Under the pieces are notes generated by a model. It was not told where the DNA came from and searched no databases. It saw only the letters and a program-made list of their open reading frames with translations. The position numbers and the translations under genes were made by a program. A stretch of DNA of 63,505 nt, the filler included, from Thraustochytrium aureum (lineage: Eukaryota), in NCBI GenBank assembly GCA_012862495.1. It is 7 parts of 5 records of this genome, joined end to end, with 100 filler letters (N's around TTAATTAATTAA, not from the genome) between each part and the next. Parts side by side here need not be neighbours in the genome. Positions count along the whole stretch, not along the records: positions 46,258 to 57,872 come from BLSG01000183.1; positions 57,973 to 59,034 come from BLSG01000186.1; 5 more parts are not named here. One strand, 5' to 3'. Every line of letters starts with the position of its first letter. Position 1 is the stretch's first letter. Of the stretch, positions 47,938 to 59,134 are shown piece after piece.

Positions 47938-48762
47938 TCAGTCAAGAGCCGGCATAACGTCGTCCTTTCCATCGTGTTTGTTACAGCTTTTGCGTTCCTG
48001 GTATTGCGCGTATAGATTTGTCGCGAAAAGATTGAAAAACATAAACAAGCCCAAGCCGGAAATAATGACGAAGGACGAGCGACCTCGATTTCCAGCGTCA
48101 ACGTGTGCTCTGAGTCCGTAGGTAGTCAGTAACATGTCATTCATCACTCCTCCCACGGCCGCGAAGCTGGTGATCAGAAAGCCCACAGCCAAAATGAGAA
48201 AGACCCAGTTGCAACGATACCAGTACATAAACCCAGCGCTGTCAGTAAAGAATAGCGTCAAAGAGAGAATGAGGCAGATCAGAGAACCGAGGATGATGTA
48301 CGAAACACCTTGAACGAGCGATGGATAACTATCCAGCATTTGGTAAATGTGGCAGTGCACCCAGTCATCTGGGTCCTTCGATAGAAATACTCCGGTGTCT
48401 ATGCACTTGTCCTGGATTGACCGCCTCATTGACTCCAGATTCGTACACCCGAATTCAGTAATCGCGGTTGATTGGAAGTTGATGCTGTTAAACACATAGA
48501 ACGGATTGAATGGACCACACTCTACGTCCTCGAGGAAGGCGTACATCGTCCTGTTGAGAAAGTTGACGTCCCGGAGCTTCTTATAGTCACTAACAGCGAA
48601 GAGAGCTACCACTGATGTCAATACGAGGCCGTTCACGATAAGCAGCGTTGAAAGTAGCTGCTGTACACCCTCCGGCTTAACTTCTCCTGACCACAACTTG
48701 CGGTCGATGACAGAGAGCAAGAAGATGAAAATCCCCTTCAGCTTCTCCAATGTGAACCCCAT
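47938..48762 (-). CDS. Hypothetical multi-pass membrane protein (274 aa), lower GC than neighbours
   Basis: Intact ATG-to-TGA ORF with about 4 hydrophobic segments and a Cys-containing loop. Confidence 0.7.
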   Translation of the reverse strand: MGFTLEKLKGIFIFLLSVIDRKLWSGEVKPEGVQQLLSTLLIVNGLVLTSVVALFAVSDYKKLRDVNFLNRTMYAFLEDVECGPFNPFYVFNSINFQSTAITEFGCTNLESMRRSIQDKCIDTGVFLSKDPDDWVHCHIYQMLDSYPSLVQGVSYIILGSLICLILSLTLFFTDSAGFMYWYRCNWVFLILAVGFLITSFAAVGGVMNDMLLTTYGLRAHVDAGNRGRSSFVIISGLGLFMFFNLFATNLYAQYQERKSCNKHDGKDDVMPALD

Positions 48763-49374
48763 CTCGTTCTTGGAAAACGTCGGGGCACGTCGGCGTTCAC
48801 CCTGTCCGATCGGCCCTGACCACGGCTGAGCGCGAACCGTGTGCGGCTGAGAGCGTCCCTTGGATCGGGCGAATGAACGGGAGGGTACTTGCAGTCACGG
48901 TAGTTGCTGCCGTTGCGGGTCTGCTGCTTGTCAGATCGAGCATGCTGGTCCTGAGATGCAAAGGTGGGGCCGATTTTGCACAGAGAAGAGGAGTAGGTAT
49001 CGAGGTACTTACCGACCGGTAGGGGGTTTGCAGGAGCAGGCTACCCGAACGGTACCGAGACACTACCGGACGCCGCTTTGCGCTCATTGCCGGCGGCCAC
49101 GCGATCGAACATGACGTGCGAGCGCACGAGTACTAGTAGCTTGAACTCATGTGATGAATGTGGTCAACGTGCGGGCAGTGGCCCAGGAGATGTGTGAGTC
49201 ACCTCCCGCTGGGTGCGCAGCGGAGTTCCCAAAATGCCTGTCAATAAGATCGCGAAACCAATTCAAAGCACGCCTCCCGGCCGAACGGGCCGCAAAGAAG
49301 GTGCAGCCCTTCCTTCTTTAACTATCGAGCGCCCCGTGCTTCTTCACACATATCCGACGAGCAGTTCTTTTTTC

Positions 49375-49402
49375 CTTCCCCCGAATTCGAATTCGGGGGA
49401 AG
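49375..49402. repeat. Perfect 28-bp palindrome
   Basis: CTTCCCCCGAATTCGAATTCGGGGGAAG equals its own reverse complement; the half-site AATTCGGGGGAA recurs at 49482-49493. Confidence 0.92.
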
Positions 49403-49969
49403 TCGTGATTTTCGGGGCAACTTTTTCTTGTTTTTTTTCCGACTCTTATCGGTGAATACCGGATGATCCGCAAGTTTCGACAATTCGGGGGAACGCCGCG
49501 CACCACGTGCGAAGATGCCAACCTTTCTGACTGACCCTGCTAATGATGAGACCGAGGCACAGGTTCGCCAGCCAAGCTNNNNNNNNNNNNNNNNNNNNNN
49601 NNNNNNNNNNNNNNNNNNNNNNNNNNNNNNNNNNNNNNNNNNNNNNNNNNNNNNNNNNNNNNNNNNNNNNNNNNNNNNNNNNNNNNNNNNNNNNNNNNNN
49701 NNNNNNNNNNNNNNNNNNNNNNNNNNNNNNNNNNNNNNNNNNNNNNNNNNNNNNNNNNNNNNNNNNNNNNNNNNNNNNNNNNNNNNNNNNNNNNNNNNNN
49801 NNNNNNNNNNNNNNNNNNNNNNNNNNNNNNNNNNNNNNNNNNNNNNNNNNNNNNNNNNNNNNNNNNNNNNNNNNNNNNNNNNNNNNNNNNNNNNNNNNNN
49901 NNNNNNNNNNNNNNNNNNNNNNNNNNNNNNNNNNNNNNNNNNNNNNNNNNNNNNNNNNNNNNNNNNNNN

Positions 49970-51792
49970 GCTGACATTGGACGCGAGGGAGACGGCGACG
50001 AGCTGCCCGCGCAGCAAGCGCAGGGGCGGGTCGAGGTCAAGCTCGACATGAATACTTTGCGCCGGAGACGGCACCACTGTGGCCGCAGTCCGTTGCAATA
50101 CACGGAACCGGGATGCGCCCGGCACCGGCTCTACAGCGGCCACAACTACTTTGGTGCCTCGACGGACTGGCGCTCGGGGAACCCACCGCAGGCGCCCGAC
50201 CTGGCCGTCTTGCGGTGCCGGCAGCTTGCTGAACACTACAGTTGCTTGGTCGCGCCTACACGGGGTCTTGTCGATCCCTTCGCCGAGGCCTGTGAAGGCG
50301 ATCTTGAGGTGCTTGACCAATTTTTTGGTGACCGAAGGCGAGCGCGTCCCGAGTTGCATCGTGGACTCGCCCACTGTCCTGGAGCCGGGCAAGGGAGCAC
50401 TTGGGCGGATGTCCTTGCTGGAAACAAAGCGGCGCACGGCCAGCATCTCCTTGTTCGTGAGCTTGTTGGCGCGCCCTTGCGACGGGTGGCCGTCACTCGA
50501 GCAGCTCTGTCCTTTGATGCCCAGGAAGCGCTGCTGCACCATGAGCAACGCGTCGTCCCAAGAGTCAAACACGCTGCACTTGCCATCGTGTGGATGTTTG
50601 AGCGAAAGTTGGTGGCCGATTTCGTGAGCCCAGAGGCGTGCACCGACGTGCCCGCGCATGGCTAGTCCCTCATGTCCGCGCCTGAGCCGGCCCTTGAGCT
50701 TGGCGCGGCGCACAACGTCGCGCAAGAAGCGGCGGCAAGTGATTTGCGCGATCTCGCCGAGGTCTGGGCGCTCGGGGTCGTGCAGTCTCTTGTCGCGCTC
50801 ACCGCAGGAGCTAGACCGGAGAACCACGCGCCCGTTTCCGCCGAGCCCATTCAAGTTGTGATAGTAGTGGACAGGAAAAATTGCGGTTGACTGAACCATG
50901 TCCCAAGGCGTGAGCATGAGGGGAAACCCGAGCAGCCAGTCCAGGAAATCTTGCTCGATCATGCTCATGACGCGGTGCGAGTCTGCAACCCGGTTGCCAC
51001 GCAGCTGGTCGAGGAAGTCGACACCTAGCCGGTCGCCGAAGGCCGCTTTGTTGGCCGCCGCGAGCCAAGCTTCGTATTTTGCGCGCTGGCCTGGCCCGGC
51101 GCCCTGCTTCTCCCGCAGCTCGAGCTCCTCGCGGTCGGGGCCCTCCACGTAGTTGATGTACACGAGCGCCTGGCGCCGGGAGAGCAGGTGCTGCTTGCGC
51201 ATCTCGTCGAGCCGAAACCGCACGAACACGTTGGCCACCGCGAACGTGTCTACGACACGTTGAAGGATCTCGCGCAGCTCGTCCTCGCTGTACATGTCAT
51301 CGATCACGCCAAACTCGTCCCGAACGCGCACAAGCGTCACATCGTACACCAGGCGCGGCGCCGAGCGAAACTCTGCGTCCACCAACGCCGCGTTGAACGG
51401 CACAAACGCGACTCCCGGGTCTTGCAAGGCGGGGATCTTGGTCGGAGACGTGCGTTCCACGTGCACCCGTTCGCCCTGCCACCGCCTCTCCCAGTGCCAC
51501 CCTCTCGGCGTCGCCAGCGTCTCGGCCTCCGTCGCGGTCGTCAGCTCTGGCGGCGTCACGCGCGGCGCGCCTGTCTGAGCGAGAGGCGGCATCTCGGCAG
51601 CGACGACGTCCGCACGCCCGAGCACGGAGGCCGCATCCTCCTCGTTGTCCACGTCCCAGGACCGCTGCCCGACCAGCACGAAGCACGCCAGCGCAAGGGC
51701 GTACACGGCGACAGCCGCCAGTGGCTGCCGACGGCCCCATGTCGGCGGCGAGCGCGTCGTGATCGAGGACTGAAAAGGTGTCTGCGAGCGAC
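49970..51792 (-). CDS. Membrane-anchored metzincin-like zinc metallopeptidase (both ends in gaps)
   Basis: Hydrophobic anchor LAAVAVYALALACFVLVG; zinc motif AHEIGHQLSLKH; candidate Met-turn ALLMV; open frame of about 600 codons. Confidence 0.72.
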
Positions 51793-52551
51793 NNNNNNNN
51801 NNNNNNNNNNNNNNNNNNNNNNNNNNNNNNNNNNNNNNNNNNNNNNNNNNNNNNNNNNNNNNNNNNNNNNNNNNNNNNNNNNNNNNNNNNNNNNNNNNNN
51901 NNNNNNNNNNNNNNNNNNNNNNNNNNNNNNNNNNNNNNNNNNNNNNNNNNNNNNNNNNNNNNNNNNNNNNNNNNNNNNNNNNNNNNNNNNNNNNNNNNNN
52001 NNNNNNNNNNNNNNNNNNNNNNNNNNNNNNNNNNNNNNNNNNNNNNNNNNNNNNNNNNNNNNNNNNNNNNNNNNNNNNNNNNNNNNNNNNNNNNNNNNNN
52101 NNNNNNNNNNNNNNNNNNNNNNNNNNNNNNNNNNNNNNNNNNNNNNNNNNNNNNNNNNNNNNNNNNNNNNNNNNNNNNNNNNNNNNNNNNNNNNNNNNNN
52201 NNNNNNNNNNNNNNNNNNNNNNNNNNNNNNNNNNNNNNNNNNNNNNNNNNNNNNNNNNNNNNNNNNNNNNNNNNNNNNNNNNNNNNNNNNNNNNNNNNNN
52301 NNNNNNNNNNNNNNNNNNNNNNNNNNNNNNNNNNNNNNNNNNNNNNNNNNNNNNNNNNNNNNNNNNNNNNNNNNNNNNNNNNNNNNNNNNNNNNNNNNNN
52401 NNNNNNNNNNNNNNNNNNNNNNNNNNNNNNNNNNNNNNNNNNNNNNNNNNNNNNNNNNNNNNNNNNNNNNNNNNNNNNNNNNNNNNNNNNNNNNNNNNNN
52501 NNNNNNNNNNNNNNNNNNNNNNNNNNNNNNNNNNNNNNNNNNNNNNNNNNN

Positions 52552-53503
52552 AAAACTTTTCAAACTTGACAGCAAAGCCGCACTCGAGGCACTGCTTGAT
52601 AAATACGTCCTCCTCACCCGCAACGGGCGACTCTGCGCCAAATACATGCTCGTGGTACAACTCGTTCTTCGGCACAAACGTCGGCGCGTCAACAGCCTTG
52701 GCGTCCCCTTTCCGCTCAGACGCTTGCGCCGAGCGAGCCTTGCCTGCAGCTGCCACTTTGGCTGCTGGGTCACCGAGGTCGCCGCGCAACCGCTTGATGT
52801 TTCGCTGCAGCGCTGTGTCCGTGTCGGCCTTGCTGGACTTTTCCAGCACCTTTTGGGCGCGCTTTTCGCGCGTCCGCACCCTCTCCGTCTCGCGCCGCAG
52901 CTTTTCGCGCTCGAGGCCAGCCTCATCCTCCCAGCGCCGCATTGAGAGCAGTCTAACTTGCTTGGTGAGGTAGAGCTTCATCATGGACCAGCCCTGGCGC
53001 CTCGGATTGGCGGCGTGGATAAAGCCGAGGTTGCGCATATCGTCGTCCGTGACCAGGAACTCCTCCTTGGCCTTGGTCTTGGTCAGCACCTTGAATTCGG
53101 GGTTGATGTTGCGGCACTGCACACAAATCGCTTCGCCATACGTGCTCCACATCTGATTGTCCAGCGATATCGCGCCGCAGTCCTGGCACCGCTCCTCCTG
53201 GCCCGCAGCCGCGCCATCGCTCGCGGGCACCGCTCGCGCCAGCGGATCGCTCGCCGCGTCTCGCACCTGCTCCGCGGCCAGGGCCGCAGCCCTTTCCGCC
53301 TGTTCTGCTTCCGCTATCCAGAGCGCCTCCTCGTCTTCCTGTTCCTCCTCCAGCCCGGGCCCATCAGGCCCACGGCCAGCATCCCGAGGGCCATCCCCGC
53401 CCTCGCCCTCGCCCGCCGCCCCAGCGCTGCCATCCCAGGCCTCGGCCTCGAGCGCGTCCTCAATGTCGCGCTCGTCCCAGTCCTCCGCCGGCGACGATGC
53501 CAT
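52552..53503 (-). CDS. XPA: Nucleotide excision repair protein XPA/Rad14
   Basis: C4 zinc finger CQDC...CVQC, LTKTKAKEEFLVTD, NPRRQGWSMMKLYL, HEHVFG, KQCLECGFAVKFEKF. The stop codon probably begins at the gap edge. Confidence 0.95.
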
Positions 53504-53522
53504 CGCGGAGCGCTCTAGGATG

Positions 53523-53594
53523 GATGGACGCCGAGATGGACGCCGAGATGGACGCCGAGATGGACGCCGAGATGGACGCCGCGATGGACGCCGA
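53523..53594 (+). repeat. 12-bp tandem repeat x6 immediately upstream of XPA
   Basis: GATGGACGCCGA x6, with one copy ending GC. Confidence 0.93.
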
Positions 53595-54200
53595 GATGGA
53601 TGGCGGGCAGAACGCGGTCAAGTCCGGCGAAGGGCCAACGCGGAGGCTCCAGGCAGGGCCCGGCGCCTGGGCCAGGCTACGAGCCCGCTCCGGGCGACCC
53701 AGCTCGTGAACGCCTCGGGCCTGGCTCGCGGGCTGCGTCGCGAGGCTTGCTTGGACGACGGTGGGCAACAACCAAGGCCTCGGCGGCAGGTCGAAGCGCG
53801 ACTCGGGCGAGCTCGGGCGCGGATTCCTGATGCGCGGGGCCGGCAGAAGGTCACCTCCAGGGTTGTTTCTTTAGAGTGGGNNNNNNNNNNNNNNNNNNNN
53901 NNNNNNNNNNNNNNNNNNNNNNNNNNNNNNNNNNNNNNNNNNNNNNNNNNNNNNNNNNNNNNNNNNNNNNNNNNNNNNNNNNNNNNNNNNNNNNNNNNNN
54001 NNNNNNNNNNNNNNNNNNNNNNNNNNNNNNNNNNNNNNNNNNNNNNNNNNNNNNNNNNNNNNNNNNNNNNNNNNNNNNNNNNNNNNNNNNNNNNNNNNNN
54101 NNNNNNNNNNNNNNNNNNNNNNNNNNNNNNNNNNNTGGTTGCTTGGTTGCTCGGACGCGCGGCGCGAGGACCTGCTCTGGCCTTGGTCGTCGGGCCCTGG

Positions 54201-55894
54201 TCATGTCAAAACCGGCGAGGGGAATACGTTGAGGTCTGCAGAGACGATGGAGAGCGTGGAAAGGCGCCGCGAGAAGAGCGGCGAGGCCGCGAGCACGCTC
54301 GGGTCGTCGTCGCCGCCGAGCGCGTTCCGCGCAACAGCAGCGCTGATGACCGACTTCCAGTCTGTGCGGTACACGGCGTAACAGAGGTACACAGTTGTGG
54401 CTCCGTAGCCAACGATGATGCCGAGCCAGAGCCCGAGCAGCCCCATGTCTGCGACGACCCCGAGCACGTACGCGAGCGGGACAGCCACCAACCAGGCACC
54501 GACGAAAAAGCCGCCGGCGACGATGTGCGGGCGGCCCTGGCTGTCGAGCATGGCCATCGAGATGTAAAAGATGCTGAGCGCGACGTAGCCGAAGGAGAGA
54601 GGCAGGATCAGCTTGGCCACCTCGTGCACCACCTTGATGTCGCTGGAAAAGGTGTACCCGATGTAGCTGCGTGCCAACACGAGGCCCGTTGCGCAGACCA
54701 TCGAGACGGCGGTCGAGACCACAAACGCGAGCTTGGCCACCATCTTGGCGCGGCGCGTGTCGCCGGCGCCGATGTAGTGCGCCGACCGCACTGATGTGCT
54801 TTTCATAACCCCCCACTGGAACGAGAGCGAGGTCATGAGGAACGAGGTGAGGCCGTTGTGCGCCCCCACAATCCAGTTGCCCTGGTCGTGCGACATCTTG
54901 ATGGCAAAGCTCGAGATGGCTTGGAACTGAAAGTCCTCCAAGCAGGTCGCCAGCGTGAGCGGGAGCCCCTGCTTGAGAAACTCGCGCAACCGCGCCGCAT
55001 CGAACGAGCGCGCCGACCACCCCGGCCAGCACCGTGCGGTGTCGCTGCGCCAAAAGAACACATACGCCACAGTCACAATCAGCACAAACACGCTCGTTGT
55101 AGCGGTCGCGAGGGGCGAGCCCTGAAACCCGAGCCCGTCCCAGCCCGGCACGCCGTGAATGAGGACTTGGTTGAGGCCCAGGTTGAGAGCGATGCCCAAA
55201 ATGGAGATCGCCACCAAAGGCTTGATTATGTTTTGGGCCATGCAGAACTGCCGCACACTCGCGCAAATTAGCTGCGGGTAGAGCCGCAGCGTGCTGAGCC
55301 GCGCAAAGTCGCTCACCAGGCCGTGGAGCTTGGGGTCCAGGCCGAAGAGCGCGTCCAGCACGTCGGCGCTGTACCACCATAGGATGACGACGGGGATCCC
55401 CGTAACTGCGCAAACAAGAAGGCAGAGCTGCAGCCAGTGCCCCACCAGGTTGTGCTTGCCGGCCCCGAACGCTTGCGAGCACATCACTGTCAGGACCTGC
55501 AGGAACCCGCGGGTGAAGATCGCCATTGTGATGTCGAACAGCATGCCGGCCTGCGCGGCAGCCGCGAGGTAGTCGCTCGACGAGAATTTGTCCTCGTCCC
55601 TGCGCAGGTGGCCGACGAACGACATGTCGATGAACGAGTAGGACTGGGACGAGAAGAACAGGATCATCGTCGGCCAGGCGAACGACCACCAATGCGAAGC
55701 TCTTCCCACTGCTCCTCCGACCGCCAGTCCAGCGCGACGTCCTCGTCCTCCCGCCCAACCGACACGGCCAGCGCAGGCTCCTCGCCGACGCTCTCCAGCC
55801 GCGCATACTCATACTCGTACTCTGCGTCGTCGGCCGCCGCCGCACCGCCTCGCTGACCTGCCCTTCCGCGGCCTCCAGGCGCGCCGGGGTCCAT
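54201..55894 (-). CDS. MATE family efflux transporter
   Basis: SFAWP, FVGHL, CSQAFGAG, SVRQFCMAQ, GLGFQGSPLAT, IGAGDTRRAK, GLLGLWLG; about 12 TMs. A frameshift near 55690 links the N-terminal ORF 55664-55894. Confidence 0.93.
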
Positions 55895-56608
55895 TTTTCC
55901 AGACCAGCGGGAGCAGATCAGGCCGCCGCCAGTCGCCTCAACGAGGCCGCGACCAAGCTCGTCGTGGGCCTTCCTGGTCGTGGGCCCTGCCGACCTCCAT
56001 CCGCGTCTATCGATCGACTCGGATGTGCGTCCAACCCTTCGCCTCTTGCCTCTTCCTTTCTTTCCCCACGCTGCCCCTCAAGCAAGGGGTCGCACATTCT
56101 CGCACAATTCTCGCGAGGCCGCCAAAAATAGCGAATCCCCGCAGCATTGCGCAGGCGCGCAGGTTGCGCCGCGCCGCTGGGTGGCTGCGGCGGGAAAGAG
56201 CAGAGAATGTGGAGCAAGCAGCCGGCGCAGACGCGCGCGGTGCGGGCTCTGCGCCGTGCTGCCCTGCGGCTTCGAAGCCGTTTTTGGCGACTTTTGGGCG
56301 ACGAAGAGCACAACCAAAGAAACGCGACCAAATGAGTTGAAAAACAGCGGAAAACAAGCGGAAAACAAGGGAAAACACGAAAACAACGCGTCCTTCGTCG
56401 TGCAAAACCAATGCCTGTTCTGCTTGGCTTTTGCTTGGAAAGAATGAAAACGGCACGAGGCGAGGCCAATCCCGGAAGCGAAGCGAGCGGCCGCACGGAC
56501 AGGGCTTTCTCGCCGAGGGCCTGGACTCCGCGCGACGGGTTCGACTTGAATTCGTTTGTCGCGCTCGGAGAGGGCGCGTGCAGTCCGAGGCTTGCCGTTT
56601 CGCAAGAG

Positions 56609-57658
56609 ATGGGCGCCGTTGAAGATGTTCAGGGCAAACGCAAGAGCCAGCAGATGGTCACTGGCGCGCTGGTGGCGTTTGCTGGCGGGTCAGCGCTGGC
56701 TGTGCAGGCAAGCATGAACGGCGCGCTGAGCGGGCCGTTGAGGAGCGCGTACGGCGCGATTACGATGAGCTTCTTGGTTGGGTGGCTCACGCTTCTCATA
56801 GCCTCAGCCGGCACGCTCGGACTTGAGAGGCGGCCCGCACCGGACAAGCCCGTTCACTGGTGGATGTGGGTCAGTGCCTGGTGCGGCCGGGTCCTACTTT
56901 GTCTCGATGGGCACCGTCCTGGGGCCGCGCATTGGGTTTTCGCTGTTTTTTGTCTGCATCGTTTTTGGCCAGGTGCTCACCTCGACTGCGATCGACCAGT
57001 GGGGCTGCATGGACATCCCCAAACGAGGCGTGAACGCGGCGCGCATAGGCGCCATCTTGCTTGTCCTGGCTGGGGCAGTTATGGCCGTGGTGGAGCGGAT
57101 CGACTTTGCTTCCTCTGGGGGCACCACCGTGGTCTTCGTCTTGCTGGCGATTGTCGGCGGGGGCTGACCTCTCTGATGGTGCCAGTTACAAGCGCCTTCA
57201 CGATCAGGTATGGCACTCTTCCGCACAGGACTTCCTGCATCTCGTTTTTCGTCGGGCTGCTCATCGTGGCCTCGATTTGGGGCGTCGCTCTGGCCGCGGA
57301 CGAGTCTCTTCGAGGCCCAAACTTTGCAGAGGCAGAGTGGTGGATGTTCCTTGGCGGCGCACTCGGCGCCGGGTACGTTACCGCGTCTGTAGCGCTCGCG
57401 CCAATCACTGGCGTAGCGCTCTTCTTCGTCTGCGTCGTAGCAGGCCAGCTTGCCACGTCACTGGTTATTGACAACTACGGGCTTTTCGGGAGCGCGACCG
57501 AGCTCGCCACGCCGCTTCGCATCGCGGGCGTGACGGTAGTTTTTATTGGCGCGGCAGCGTATGAATTCTTGCCGCGCCCCCCGCCGCCTCAGCCTTCCGA
57601 TGTCGAGGTTGAACCCACCGTGAGCATCGCGATGATGGAGGATGCCCGAACATACTAG
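56609..57658 (+). CDS. DMT superfamily transporter, YdcZ/DUF606-like, two tandem domains
   Basis: LAVQASMNGAL, SFLVG, WWMW/WWMFLGGALGA, GQ...S..ID..G in both halves. Indels near 56880 and 57165. Confidence 0.85.
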   Translation: MGAVEDVQGKRKSQQMVTGALVAFAGGSALAVQASMNGALSGPLRSAYGAITMSFLVGWLTLLIASAGTLGLERRPAPDKPVHWWMWVSAWCGRVLLCLDGHRPGAAHWVFAVFCLHRFWPGAHLDCDRPVGLHGHPQTRRERGAHRRHLACPGWGSYGRGGADRLCFLWGHHRGLRLAGDCRRGLTSLMVPVTSAFTIRYGTLPHRTSCISFFVGLLIVASIWGVALAADESLRGPNFAEAEWWMFLGGALGAGYVTASVALAPITGVALFFVCVVAGQLATSLVIDNYGLFGSATELATPLRIAGVTVVFIGAAAYEFLPRPPPPQPSDVEVEPTVSIAMMEDARTY

Positions 57659-57971
57659 CTAGCGATTTTAAGCGACAGGCCTTGCTTCGCGCTCCCTCTT
57701 TCTCCGCCTGTGCAAGGCCTTTTCTTGATCAAGGGGCACTGCCGTCAGTCGCGACGAAGCGCCGCGCCTGGAACCGCGCTTTTGGGCCTTGAACGTGCAG
57801 CCCCTCTGGTACTCGTTCTTGCTTTTATGGTTGTCAACATCGCCCTCGTGCAACACAATCGCTGCGTTACTTNNNNNNNNNNNNNNNNNNNNNNNNNNNN
57901 NNNNNNNNNNNNNNNNTTAATTAATTAANNNNNNNNNNNNNNNNNNNNNNNNNNNNNNNNNNNNNNNNNNN

Positions 57972-58927
57972 NCCCCCGTTTGGGCGCCCAGCTTTGGCGG
58001 AGCCGGGGCTTTTCCGGCTTTCCGCCCGTTGCAGCCGCGCTCGTTTCTTCAGCGCCGCGCTTTCGCTTTTTCGATGCCTTTTGGACGGGCGGGGCTGCGC
58101 TCGCGTCGCGAACGAGCGGAATCGGCCCTGGTGGCGCCTTTGCGGTTTTCCCAGAGCTTTTTGCTGGGCTTCCGTTGCCGTGCGCTTTGGGCGCCGTCGA
58201 CGGCGCGGGAGGCGACGTGGGCGCCTGCTTTACTGCGGGCGGTGCGCCGCCTGTTGCGCCGTTCGTACCAGCCCCCTTCGCTGCCTTGGCCGCTTTCGCC
58301 AGAGCTTGGGCCGCCTTGCTCGTCTTGGCGGGCGCTGCGTTTGGGCCGCTTGTGGAGCGCTGGGTGGCCCGCCTGGTTGAGGCCAATTTGAGCCAGGCGT
58401 CATCACCCTGCGCGGGGGCGCGCCGATGCTCACTCCGCCTCCGTTGGCAGGTCCAAAAGACCCAGCCTCGCTCGGATAGCCATTGTACATGGCGCTGTTG
58501 TTGTAGGCCATCATGCCCCCGACCCATTCGGCGCACCGCCGCTCATCTGCATACTGTACCCGCCGTAGCTGTTGTTGTTCATGGGCATCTGCATGGGCAT
58601 TGGAGCGGCAACGCTGTTCAGCCTGCAATAGCAGACCGCATCCTCGGCCGGGAACGCCGTGTCAACGCGCATGGCCGCGTTCGTAATCGCGAACAGCCCG
58701 GCCTCGCCCACCTTGCGAAACATCCCAATCGCCGCCGGGCTGACCTCGCACCCTGTCGCGCCAAAGTACTCGCGCGCGACGCGCCCCTTGAGCTTGCCGA
58801 CATCGTCCTTGCTGTCCGCCTCCACAATAAACTGAATCACCGGCGTCCCGAGCGCATCTCTACCCGCTCCCGGCGGCCCCTGCTCTGCGCCGCCTAGCAC
58901 GCAAACCGCCACGGCGCGCGCGGGCAT
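57972..58927 (-). CDS. Hypothetical protein: small globular (possibly ubiquitin-like) N-terminal domain followed by a low-complexity Pro/Ala/Lys region with an NLS-like KKRKR
   Basis: Three overlapping minus-strand ORFs that chain by frameshifts; truncated at the spacer. Confidence 0.5.
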
Positions 58928-59134
58928 TGTGTCCTGGCCAAAAACCACCCCACGAGGTCGTCGCCAACCCACGAGAGCGCCACGGCCCCTGCACAGCCCG
59001 CACGAATGGCACAAGTGGACCTGGGCAAAAACAANNNNNNNNNNNNNNNNNNNNNNNNNNNNNNNNNNNNNNNNNNNNTTAATTAATTAANNNNNNNNNN
59101 NNNNNNNNNNNNNNNNNNNNNNNNNNNNNNNNNN

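Noticed and set aside
49322..53503. Apparent 1393-aa XPA-metalloprotease fusion ORF
   Set aside because: Read-through of N gaps. XPA ends at its normal C-terminus (…FEKF) at the gap edge.
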